From: Bacteroidota bacterium
GTDB lineage: Bacteria > Bacteroidota > Ignavibacteria > Ignavibacteriales > Ignavibacteriaceae
Length of the DNA: 30,097 bases
NCBI GenBank assembly: GCA_024278655.1
Contig: JAJRSV010000394.1
Location: forward strand, 1 to 30,097
Direction: 5' to 3'
Under the pieces are notes generated by a model that saw only the letters and a program-made list of their open reading frames with translations, made no database searches and was not told the origin of the DNA. A program made the position numbers and the translations under genes. This document shows, piece by piece, positions 8,400 to 17,585 of the stretch. Each line of letters begins with the position of its first letter. The stretch's first letter is position 1.

Positions 8400-11282
8400 A
8401 TGAAAAGTTTGATTACAAAATTTACTGCAGTAATCTTTCTGCTTTTGTTTACCGTGCCGGCATTTGGTCAAACCGGTGTAGGAAAACTTAGCGGAAAAGT
8501 AGTTGATGCAGATACAAAAGAGCCGTTAATTGGTGCCAATGTTGTTATTCTGGGCACCGGGCTTGGTGCAGCTACCGACCTTGACGGTAATTATTATATC
8601 CTGAACATTACTCCAGGTACTTACTCGATCAAGGTTAGTTATGTTGGTTATGCACCTAAAACTATTCAGGATGTGAGAATAGTTGCAAACATTACTTACG
8701 AGTTAAATATTGAACTGAGCACCGATTTTACTTTGCCGGAAATTGTTGTTGAAAGTAAGAAGTTTTTCGAGCCGAAAGCTACAAACACCGTAAAGGTTAT
8801 AGACGCCGACCAGATTTCAAGACTTCCGGTTAGAGGCGTATCTAACTTTGTGGCACTTCAATCGGGCGTTGTAATTCAGGAAGGTAGCGGCGGTGCCGAT
8901 GGTAACGCAACTATTAACGTTCGGGGCGGTCGTGGTAGTGAGGTTCTTTACATCGTCGATGGTGTTCCTCAGAATAATTTATACAACCGTTCGAGTGTAG
9001 CACAGGTAAGTAATATTGCAATTGACCAGATTTCTTTCCAGGTTGGTGGTTACGAAGCTAAATACGGACAGGCTCAGTCTGGTATAGTAAACGTAACTAC
9101 AAAATCCGGACAATCTTACTACAGTGCATATTTCGATGTTTTAACTTCCACTTATACAGACCCTTACGACTATAACCTGTATTCCGGTTCTGTTAGTGGT
9201 CCATTAATTCCGGGTATTCCCGAGCATACGATATTTCTTTCGCTTGAACGCGGGTGGTTCAAAGATGCTAATCCGCCTGCTATTAAGCTGGAATTCCCCT
9301 CGATAGGTAAAACATACGATTTTATCCCTAACAATCCGGCAGATGTTTGGAGATTTAACGGTAAAATAAACTCCAGATTCGGTGGCTGGAAAATGACTGT
9401 TAGCGGACTGTGGAATAGACGTACCGCTAAAGTATTCGATTACAGAAAAATTAAAAACGATGCCGCTTTCCAGGATGAATTTTATCAGCAAAACGGTTCG
9501 GGAAGTTTTAGGATTTCTCAGACGGTTAGTGCAAGTACATTCTGGAACTTAACATTGGGTATGAGGCAGTTCGATTTCGAAAGGTATAATCCTTTCTTCA
9601 GAGACGGCAGTCACGTCGAAAACCTGATGGCTTACGGCGATAGCACAATATGGGCAAACAAACTTGGTGTTACTTTATTGGGCGACGGCAGAAGAACGGA
9701 TAACGTTGATGAGAACGGTGTGTTCAGACCTTACGGTTATGCTACCGGTTTGTATCAGCGCAGAGAAGATGATGCTATTACTGCCGATTTCGATTTTACC
9801 TCTCAGTTAGATAATCACCTGGTTGAGTTTGGTCTTGGTGTTTCTGCTCATACAATAAGAGGTTATGGTATTTTTGCTTACCGTTTGGCAAGTCAAACAC
9901 AACCTACTATAGAAGAAAAATTTATAAACCGTGCTCCTTTCGTTTTCGGTTACGACTATACCGGCGAGAGGAAAACTACTATGGATGAGCCGGCAACTAA
10001 CGACTTGCTCGAAAACGCTGGTTCTCATCCTTCTATGAATGAATTCATCAGACCGAGAAAACCTGTTCTTGCTTATGCTTATTTGCAGGACAGATTTGAG
10101 CTTGAAGATTTGGTTATTAACCTCGGTTTACGTTTAGATTATTTCGATATTAAATCACACGAACTTAAAAATCCCGAGCTTCCTTATGCCGGAGGTTTGG
10201 ACCCTACAAAATTTGATATTGAAGACTTTAAGATTAAAGATGTGGAAATTGAGCTTTCACCAAGAATCGGTATCGGTTTTCCTGTTACCGCTTCTACGGT
10301 TTTCCATGCTCAATACGGAAGATTTATTCAGGCACCCGAATTGAACGATATGTATTCGGGACCTTTTGGATACGATGACTTTATTTCTTTCGAACCACAG
10401 TTTGGTTTTAACGGCGGTTTGATAAGAGAAGAAACCACCCAGTACGAAGTTGGTTTCAGGCAATTGTTCGGTAACAGTTCGGCTATGAACATTACATTGT
10501 TCTATAAAAATACAAAAGGACTTGTAAACGTTCAGAATCATCAATATCGCAGAACACCGAATGGCGAAATATTAAATGCTATCTATCCTGAAAATGCCGA
10601 CTTTGGTACAGTTAAAGGTCTCGCATTTTCATTTGATGTAACCCGGTTAAGCTATTTCAGCTTATCGTTGCAGTACACCTATTCGTTAGCCGAAGGAACC
10701 GGTTCATCTACAAGTTCAAGTCAAACTGCGGTATTCAGAAATAACGACAATCAACCGCCTAAAGTTATCGCTCCTTTAAGCTTCGACCAGAGACATACCG
10801 GAGTATTGGTGGTGGATTTCTATATACCCGAAGGCGAAGCAGGACCATGGGAAATGTTGAATATCAACGCTTTATTCTCATTCCGCAGCGGTCGTCCTTA
10901 TACACCGGTTGATAACTGGAACCTGCTTGGCGATAACGGCTTATCTGCTAACAATACCGGTTATGTTAACTCGGCTTACGGTCCGGGTTCGTTCAGGGTT
11001 GATCTTAAAGTTGAAAAAAGCTTCCCCATCGGTGATTTCTATATTGTTCCTTACCTTTGGATTGAAAACTTGCTGGGAAGTATAAATGTTAATAATGTTT
11101 ATCGTTCTACAGGCGATCCGTATACCACCGGTTATTTGAATACCGATGCAGGAAGAATAGCTGTTGAAAATAACGGTGAAGGTTTTGCACAGGATTATCG
11201 AAGCTTAGAACGTAATCCGAGTAACTTTGGAATTCCTAGGTTAATTAAGTTAGGATTAAAGTTAAACTTTGCTCGATTTTAA
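8400..11282 (+). CDS. TonB-dependent receptor with an N-terminal carboxypeptidase-regulatory-like domain
   Basis: Signal peptide (...PAFG|QTG); CarboxypepD_reg-like domain (GKVVDADTKEPLIGANV...YVGY); TonB-box-like EIVVE; plug motifs VRGGR...YIVDGVP and GGYEAKYG...GIVNVTTKSG; barrel ending in C-terminal Phe (KLGLKLNFARF). Confidence 0.92.
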   Translation: MKSLITKFTAVIFLLLFTVPAFGQTGVGKLSGKVVDADTKEPLIGANVVILGTGLGAATDLDGNYYILNITPGTYSIKVSYVGYAPKTIQDVRIVANITYELNIELSTDFTLPEIVVESKKFFEPKATNTVKVIDADQISRLPVRGVSNFVALQSGVVIQEGSGGADGNATINVRGGRGSEVLYIVDGVPQNNLYNRSSVAQVSNIAIDQISFQVGGYEAKYGQAQSGIVNVTTKSGQSYYSAYFDVLTSTYTDPYDYNLYSGSVSGPLIPGIPEHTIFLSLERGWFKDANPPAIKLEFPSIGKTYDFIPNNPADVWRFNGKINSRFGGWKMTVSGLWNRRTAKVFDYRKIKNDAAFQDEFYQQNGSGSFRISQTVSASTFWNLTLGMRQFDFERYNPFFRDGSHVENLMAYGDSTIWANKLGVTLLGDGRRTDNVDENGVFRPYGYATGLYQRREDDAITADFDFTSQLDNHLVEFGLGVSAHTIRGYGIFAYRLASQTQPTIEEKFINRAPFVFGYDYTGERKTTMDEPATNDLLENAGSHPSMNEFIRPRKPVLAYAYLQDRFELEDLVINLGLRLDYFDIKSHELKNPELPYAGGLDPTKFDIEDFKIKDVEIELSPRIGIGFPVTASTVFHAQYGRFIQAPELNDMYSGPFGYDDFISFEPQFGFNGGLIREETTQYEVGFRQLFGNSSAMNITLFYKNTKGLVNVQNHQYRRTPNGEILNAIYPENADFGTVKGLAFSFDVTRLSYFSLSLQYTYSLAEGTGSSTSSSQTAVFRNNDNQPPKVIAPLSFDQRHTGVLVVDFYIPEGEAGPWEMLNINALFSFRSGRPYTPVDNWNLLGDNGLSANNTGYVNSAYGPGSFRVDLKVEKSFPIGDFYIVPYLWIENLLGSINVNNVYRSTGDPYTTGYLNTDAGRIAVENNGEGFAQDYRSLERNPSNFGIPRLIKLGLKLNFARF

Positions 11283-11321
11283 TTAGTTCTGAGGAATTTT
11301 CATAATATAGGATGATTGAAA

Positions 11322-14300
11322 ATGAAAAATAAAAAAATAAGTAACATTATTATGGTCTTTCTCCTTTTAGCCGGGGTTGTTTTAAGCTCCTACGGCTTTA
11401 TGGGAGATGATATTAAGGGCAATAAAAAGCCTCAAACTGTTTATAAGCAAACCTCCGAACTGGGGTCGGGTAAACAGGGCGATGCTTACAGAATGAATAT
11501 TAACAATATAAATCTTCCTTTTAACAGAAAAGGAAACATTGCAAATGTTAATATTTTCGACCCGACTATAAACGATAACAGATCGGGTGGAATTTTTGCC
11601 GGTCGCGTATTCCTGTTCTCTGCCGGTTTCTTTTTGACCGGTAATGCAAACGGACAGCTTTTTGCTAATGCTGTTGCTCCTTCTACACTGGTAGAAGATT
11701 ATGTGCCGGGTACTGTTGCTACCGGGCAGGGTAACCCGAATGCGGTTATCTATGTTCTTAAATCAACCGATGAGCCTTTCAGCCAAAGCTGGCAGGATTG
11801 GGTAGATGCCGTTAATTTAGGTGCCGATTTTTACGACGGCGACGGCGACGGTGTTTATAACCCTGTTGATAAGAACGGTAACGGTGCCTGGGACCCGGAT
11901 GAAGATGCACCTGATTTGATTGGTGATGAAACTGCCTGGTGCGTTTTTTACGATGGTCTTCCTTCCTCGCAAAGAAGATGGACTTCGGTTTCGCAGCTCG
12001 GTATCGAAGTTAGACAAACCATCTTTGCTTTTGCTTCTGCCGGTGCAATTGGAAACCTTATTTTCGTAAGATATAGGTTTACTTATATTGGCGGAGCAGA
12101 TATTTACGGTGACCCGGACGAATTAACAGATGTAATATTTGGTGTTTGGGCTGATCCCGATCTTGGTCAGTACGACGATGACCGTGTTGGTGTGGATGTT
12201 CCGCGTAATGCCGGATATACTTATAATGGTGAAGAAAATGACGATCAATACGGTACCCGTCCTCCTTGCTATATGATTGACTTCTTCTCGGGTCCGGCTT
12301 CATTTATTCCGGGTGAAACTTTTATTGATAACGACGGAGACGGAATCTATACCGATGGTGTGGATACTCCGCTCGATACAGCATATTCGGTACGTGGTCA
12401 GCTTTTGGGTGTTAAAGCAATTCCCGGGGCTAAAAACCTTCCCATTTCTTCATTTGTTGAATACCTTAACGGTGACCCGAATCTGAATGACCCGGCTAAT
12501 AAAGAAGAAGCACGTAATTATACATTAGGAAGAGACAGAGTGGGAGATATAGTCGATCCTTGTACATTCTCTCACGGTGAGGTTCTTGGAGGAGTAGATT
12601 GTACAACAATCGATCCGTTGTTCTGGTTCTCGGGTGATCCTGTTGATGGTACCGGTTGGGTATCGGTCGATGTGCAGGATGTAAGGCAAATGAGTAACAC
12701 TGGTCCGTTCACTCTTAAAAGAGGAGTGGAAAAGGAGATTGTTGTTGCTTATGTGGTTGGTCAGGGAACCGATTGGTTAAATAGTATAACTGTTGCACGT
12801 AAAATTGATGACGGTGCACAGAATATATTTGACCTGAACTTCCTTGCACCATCTCCGCCTCCACCGGTAAAACCCGAATTGAGCTCGAGCGATAACTTTA
12901 TTGATATCGTTTGGAATACATCCGATCAGGTTTCATATATAAATCAAACACCAACCTGGGATTTAAGATTCCATATATTCAATGTTTATGCATTCAGAAC
13001 GAACAACACTGCAGATGTTGTGCAGGGTGAACAAAACATTGTATTAATAGCATCGTACCAGGTTGATAACTTTATAGAAAACCTTTACAAAGAAAATTCT
13101 GAAACCGGTGGTATTGAAATGCTTTATCCTGAAGCACCGGCAGATAACAAATTAAATACTGAAGTTTATTCCGATCCTGAAACAGGCAGGATTAGATTGA
13201 GAATATATAACGATCCGTTTAGTCCTACTAAACCGATTACAAAAGGAAAACCATACTATTTTGCTGTAGTTGGTTCGGCAATCAACTACGATGCACTCAT
13301 ATTCAAGAGCGATCCGACACAACCGGTTGGTACGCAAGGTGATTATTATCTTACTGTAGAAGCATTCGCTCAGGAAGCTGAAAATCCGAAGAAGATAGTA
13401 AGCATTGTTGCCGGTTCGGATCTTTATAACCCACCTATAGATGTACAACCTGCTAATAAAATTGCCGGTCCATCTTTAGGCAGGGTTGGTTACGATATTA
13501 TTGACAATGCTGCATTAAAGAATGCAACTTACGAGGTAACATTCTTTAAAGATTCATCTTCTGCACAGTATAAAATGTTCTGGAAGTTAGAGGATATTAC
13601 CAATAATACAGTGCTTATCGATACAAGTGATAAGTACACTTACGGACTGTCGGAAGTAAGCCAGAAAGTGACCGATGGTTTTATAACCAGAGTTGAAGAA
13701 CAAATACCTACCATCGGCGAACCGACGTATGAACCGGCGGAAGCTGTTTGGTACGCTCCGTTCGATTCGGCTTCGAACACAGGTGCTATATATGTTGGAA
13801 AAGACATACCGCAAAGCAGGGTTCTGACTGAATTCGAAGGAAAACAATCCGATATAATTACTGCCGACAGGTTAAGAAAAGTTGAAATTAGATTTGGTGA
13901 TCAGGGTAAAGCTTATAGATACCTGAACGGTTACGTTGGCGTTGCACCTCCGCTTAGAAAGAAAACTTACCTTTATGCTGCCGGTGTTACATCCGATAAC
14001 CCCGATGTAACGGTTGATTTGAGCGGCGTTGGTAAGCTTGGCGAGGGCTTTGTTGATGTTCCGTTTACAGCATGGGTAGTTGATGAAAGATACGGTGAAG
14101 AAATGCAACTCGCTGTTGGATTTATTGAAAGTGCTCCGGATGTTGCCCCATTCCCGAACGGTAATCCCGACGGTCAATGGGACCCGGGCGATTCACTTAA
14201 TGCTTCCGGCGAAGTTATTATTATTTTTGATGCTCCATATGATCCTTCCGGAGGGCAAATTGAATATACAGGTGGTGTATTCGGCGATACTTTGGCGTGG

Positions 14301-14897
14301 GCTGACTTAATGAAATCGGCTTTAGCCAAAGAACTGCCTGTTAGCGCTCCGGCAACCGATGAACAAAGAGAAATATTTAATTCACCTTGGTTTAATGCAA
14401 TGTATGTTGTGGGGTTGCAGAGGAAAGACTCAACCTCATTCTTTACACCGGGAGATAAACTGACTATTCCTATCGATGTATATCCTTACACCGAGGCTGA
14501 TGTTTATCAGTTTACTTTAACCGGAACTACTATAACTGAGGATGATGAGAGAGCACTATTCGAAAAGGTTAATGTTTATCCTAATCCTCTTTATGGTTAC
14601 AATACTTTAACCGGTTACGACGGAACGCCACCTGACGAACCGTTTGTTACATTCACCAATTTACCGACTGATATAACAGTTAAGATATACTCATTATCCG
14701 GTCAGTTATTACGCACATTAACAACCGATGATAAGAGCGAACCCACATCTCCGTTCCTGAGATGGGATCTGCTTAACGAAAACGGTTTACGTGTTGCTTC
14801 CGGATTGTATCTGGCGGTTGTATCGTCACCTAAATTCGGTGATAAAGTATTGAAGTTCACGATAATTATGCCGCAGAAACAGATACCAAGGTTCTAA
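11322..14897 (+). CDS. Large (~1190 aa) secreted protein of unknown function with DxDxDG Ca-binding-like loops and a divergent T9SS-type CTD
   Basis: The hydrophobic N-terminus is a signal peptide. ATG 11322 is preferred over TTG 11316 because AGGA lies 9 nt upstream. Pro-rich hinge APSPPPPVKP. The C-terminus VNVYPNP...VKIYSLSGQLLRTL...RWDLLNENGLRVASGLYL...KVLKFTII is an Ig-like CTD. Confidence 0.8.
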   Translation: MKNKKISNIIMVFLLLAGVVLSSYGFMGDDIKGNKKPQTVYKQTSELGSGKQGDAYRMNINNINLPFNRKGNIANVNIFDPTINDNRSGGIFAGRVFLFSAGFFLTGNANGQLFANAVAPSTLVEDYVPGTVATGQGNPNAVIYVLKSTDEPFSQSWQDWVDAVNLGADFYDGDGDGVYNPVDKNGNGAWDPDEDAPDLIGDETAWCVFYDGLPSSQRRWTSVSQLGIEVRQTIFAFASAGAIGNLIFVRYRFTYIGGADIYGDPDELTDVIFGVWADPDLGQYDDDRVGVDVPRNAGYTYNGEENDDQYGTRPPCYMIDFFSGPASFIPGETFIDNDGDGIYTDGVDTPLDTAYSVRGQLLGVKAIPGAKNLPISSFVEYLNGDPNLNDPANKEEARNYTLGRDRVGDIVDPCTFSHGEVLGGVDCTTIDPLFWFSGDPVDGTGWVSVDVQDVRQMSNTGPFTLKRGVEKEIVVAYVVGQGTDWLNSITVARKIDDGAQNIFDLNFLAPSPPPPVKPELSSSDNFIDIVWNTSDQVSYINQTPTWDLRFHIFNVYAFRTNNTADVVQGEQNIVLIASYQVDNFIENLYKENSETGGIEMLYPEAPADNKLNTEVYSDPETGRIRLRIYNDPFSPTKPITKGKPYYFAVVGSAINYDALIFKSDPTQPVGTQGDYYLTVEAFAQEAENPKKIVSIVAGSDLYNPPIDVQPANKIAGPSLGRVGYDIIDNAALKNATYEVTFFKDSSSAQYKMFWKLEDITNNTVLIDTSDKYTYGLSEVSQKVTDGFITRVEEQIPTIGEPTYEPAEAVWYAPFDSASNTGAIYVGKDIPQSRVLTEFEGKQSDIITADRLRKVEIRFGDQGKAYRYLNGYVGVAPPLRKKTYLYAAGVTSDNPDVTVDLSGVGKLGEGFVDVPFTAWVVDERYGEEMQLAVGFIESAPDVAPFPNGNPDGQWDPGDSLNASGEVIIIFDAPYDPSGGQIEYTGGVFGDTLAWADLMKSALAKELPVSAPATDEQREIFNSPWFNAMYVVGLQRKDSTSFFTPGDKLTIPIDVYPYTEADVYQFTLTGTTITEDDERALFEKVNVYPNPLYGYNTLTGYDGTPPDEPFVTFTNLPTDITVKIYSLSGQLLRTLTTDDKSEPTSPFLRWDLLNENGLRVASGLYLAVVSSPKFGDKVLKFTIIMPQKQIPRF

Positions 14898-14910
14898 ATT
14901 GAATTTTAAC

Positions 14911-14936
14911 GGGCAGGTGCAAGTGTGCACCTGCCT
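14911..14936 (+). promoter_or_regulatory. GC-rich intergenic stem-loop without a U-tract (mRNA stabiliser or processing site)
   Basis: GGCAGGTGCA-agtg-TGCACCTGCC, a perfect 10-bp stem followed by TATTG rather than poly-T. Confidence 0.65.
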
Positions 14937-14973
14937 ATTGAAAAATTTATGAAAAATATGTGGAGTTTATAAA

Positions 14974-15993
14974 ATGAAAAAAATATTACTAATAATATTC
15001 AGCCTTGTCTTTGCAGCATCGCTTTATGCCGGTGATGTCTCGAGGAAAGGAACAACCGGTGCTGAGGAGCTCCTCATTCCTGTTGGTGCCCGGGGTATCG
15101 CTACGGGTGGAGCATTCCTTGCCAACATTACCGGGCTGGAAGCTTTGTTCTATAACCCTGCAGGATTGGATATTACACCGAGAACCGAGGCAATGTTCAG
15201 CTATGTTAATTACCTGGCTGATATTAACATTTCCTACTTTGCCGTAGGTACATCGCTTGGCGATTTCGGATCGATTGCTTTCGATTTGAAATCATTCGAC
15301 TTCGGTGATATTCCTATTACTACCGTTGAATTTCCGGATGGAACCGGGCAAACTTATTCGCCTACGTTTCTTACAATCGGATTTACTTACTCGAAGGTAC
15401 TTACCGACAGAATTTCGATAGGTACTAATTTTAAGCTCATATCCGAAAATATCCAAAACGTAAGTTCAACCGGTTTTGCAGTTGATGCCGGTGTTCAGTA
15501 CCGCTTTACCGAATCGTTTATGCTGGCGGCTACTGTTAAAAATATCGGTACTAATATGCAGTTTTCCGGTCAGAATTTAAGAACCAGAACAAAAATTCCC
15601 GGTTCAACTCCTAACTCGGAAGACGGAACATACGAGATTGTTGCTGAAACGTTCCAGATACCCAGTTTCTTCGAACTGGCATTAGCTTATAAATTCAACT
15701 TTAACGAGCAGAACAACCTCGCTATTGCCGGAACGTTTGTGGCAAACAATGCTTTGGAAGATGCCCTTAACTTTGGGCTTGAGTACGGTTTTATGAACAC
15801 GTTTTATGTACGCGGTGGTTATAATCTTAAACTCGAAAACCAGTCCAATAATGTTTACGGGTTTACCGCCGGTGCGGGAATTGACTACAGTGTTGGTGGC
15901 GACTTCGGAATAATTTTCGATTACGCTTTCAGAGACGTAAAAGAATTTCCGAGTGCTAACCATATCTTTACAGTTAAACTTACGTTTGAATAA
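14974..15993 (+). CDS. PorV/PorQ-family (UPF0164, FadL-like) outer-membrane beta-barrel protein
   Basis: Signal peptide (...SLYA|GDV); N-terminal KGTTGAEELLIPVGARGIATGGAF...LFYNPAGL typical of the family; alternating beta-strands ending HIFTVKLTFE. Confidence 0.88.
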   Translation: MKKILLIIFSLVFAASLYAGDVSRKGTTGAEELLIPVGARGIATGGAFLANITGLEALFYNPAGLDITPRTEAMFSYVNYLADINISYFAVGTSLGDFGSIAFDLKSFDFGDIPITTVEFPDGTGQTYSPTFLTIGFTYSKVLTDRISIGTNFKLISENIQNVSSTGFAVDAGVQYRFTESFMLAATVKNIGTNMQFSGQNLRTRTKIPGSTPNSEDGTYEIVAETFQIPSFFELALAYKFNFNEQNNLAIAGTFVANNALEDALNFGLEYGFMNTFYVRGGYNLKLENQSNNVYGFTAGAGIDYSVGGDFGIIFDYAFRDVKEFPSANHIFTVKLTFE

Positions 15994-16013
15994 AAGGTGA
16001 GTTTAGGTCATTT

Positions 16014-16053
16014 AAGCGTCTATTGAATTTTCAATAGACGCTTTTTTATTTTT
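16014..16053 (+). terminator. Intrinsic terminator closing the TBDT/PorV locus
   Basis: AAGCGTCTATTGA-attt-TCAATAGACGCTT, a 13-bp perfect stem followed by TTTTATTTTT. Confidence 0.9.
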
Positions 16054-16075
16054 GAATAAACAAAACCAGATAGTG

Positions 16076-17440
16076 ATGAAAAAGATTACATTTATATTAT
16101 TTGTATTATTAAGCGTAAATGTTTTTGCGCAAGGTAATTTCGATTTTGAATTCGACTATGCACAGTTTTCGTACGATACTACTGCTAACTACGTTGAGTT
16201 CTATTACTCATTCAATCAATCCTCTTTAAGTATTGAACATACCGACACGCTCGATTTAGCCGAAGGCATTTTACAAATATTTATTGAAGATACTCTTACT
16301 AAAAATGTAATAGTAAATAAAAACTGGTTAATCTATCATGCGGTTTCCGACTCTTCGAAGAATGAAACGCTGGTTGGTGTAGTTGGCTTTATTTTAGATG
16401 GCGGCACGTATAAATGCACTATTGTCGGAAGAGACAAGTTGGATGAAAACAGGAAAAGAGCAATTACCGAGTACATCACGGTTAATCCTTTTCTCAGGGT
16501 TAATCTATCGATGAGTGACATTCAGCTTGCATCAAATATAATTCCCGAAAGCGAAAACAAATCGTCCATCTTCTACAAAAACACATTTGAGGTAATGCCC
16601 ATCCCAACTGCAGTGTTCGGCGAAAAGCAGCCGGTTGTATTCTTTTATACCGAATTGTATAACGTGAAAGACGGCGGTGGTGCGAACGACCTCGATTTCA
16701 GCCAGAAGGTTTATAACAGCCGCGGTCAGGTTGTATATCAGAAAAGTAAAAAGATAAAAAGAACAGTTAATTCCCGGGTTGAAGTAGGCACCGTTATGGC
16801 ATACAAACTGCCCACGGATGCTTACACACTAGTGCTTTCGTTAATTGACAGTGCTGCTAATTTCGGGGTTTCTTCTTCTAAAAAGTTTTACATTATCAAT
16901 CCTTCGGTTGAATATATTGATACATTCAAGACGGAGGAGAAATCGTTTGTGGCTGGAATGTTCGGAGTTATGTCTGAAGAAGAACTGGACGACTTCTTCA
17001 GAAAATCGAGATACATAGCTACCGATAAAGAGATTGAAAAGTATGAATCGTTAACTACCGAAGTAGGTAAGAGACAATTTATGACCGATTTCTGGAAAGC
17101 CCGTGATGAAGATCCTTCGGATGACAGAAACCAGTTCCTGACCGATTATATGGATAGAATTGCCGAGTGTAATCTGAAGTACGGTGCTTTGGGTAAAGAG
17201 GGCTGGCAAACCGACAGGGGACGCGTTTATCTGATTTACGGCGAACCGAGCGAAATTGAACGGCACCCGAACGAAACTGAAACACGACCTTACGAAATTT
17301 GGTACTACAACGAAATTGAAGGCGGTGTTGTTTTCATCTTTGCCGATATTACAGGTTTTTCGGACTATGTTCTCGTGCATTCTACTAAAAGGGGTGAAAT
17401 GCGGGATGAAAGCTGGCAGAGACGAATCGTCATAAGATAA
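16076..17440 (+). CDS. Secreted/periplasmic GWxTD-domain protein
   Basis: ATG 16076 is preferred because TTG 16052 lies in the terminator tail. Signal peptide (...NVFA|QGN); C-terminal DFWKARD...GWQTDRGRVYLIYGEP...YEIWYY is the GWxTD domain. Confidence 0.9.
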   Translation: MKKITFILFVLLSVNVFAQGNFDFEFDYAQFSYDTTANYVEFYYSFNQSSLSIEHTDTLDLAEGILQIFIEDTLTKNVIVNKNWLIYHAVSDSSKNETLVGVVGFILDGGTYKCTIVGRDKLDENRKRAITEYITVNPFLRVNLSMSDIQLASNIIPESENKSSIFYKNTFEVMPIPTAVFGEKQPVVFFYTELYNVKDGGGANDLDFSQKVYNSRGQVVYQKSKKIKRTVNSRVEVGTVMAYKLPTDAYTLVLSLIDSAANFGVSSSKKFYIINPSVEYIDTFKTEEKSFVAGMFGVMSEEELDDFFRKSRYIATDKEIEKYESLTTEVGKRQFMTDFWKARDEDPSDDRNQFLTDYMDRIAECNLKYGALGKEGWQTDRGRVYLIYGEPSEIERHPNETETRPYEIWYYNEIEGGVVFIFADITGFSDYVLVHSTKRGEMRDESWQRRIVIR

Positions 17441-17481
17441 ATTTGTTGTTAATATAATTCCTGTTGTTACATTATTTTTTT

Positions 17482-17510
17482 AAGCCCTGCCGATAGGGCT
17501 TTTTATTTTT
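17482..17510 (+). terminator. Intrinsic terminator after the GWxTD gene
   Basis: AAGCCCT-gccgat-AGGGCTT followed by TTTATTTTT. Confidence 0.75.
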
Positions 17511-17585
17511 AAATAAAGTGCGGCTTACCCGAATTATTTTCTAATGATTCGTTATTTTTACAGATACTTGTTTCAGGAAAAACAG

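Noticed and set aside
11835-11852. (GACGGC)x3 microsatellite as a phase-variation site
   Set aside because: It is an in-frame hexamer encoding DGDGDG of a Ca-binding-like loop; the third unit is degenerate and slippage would not shift the frame.
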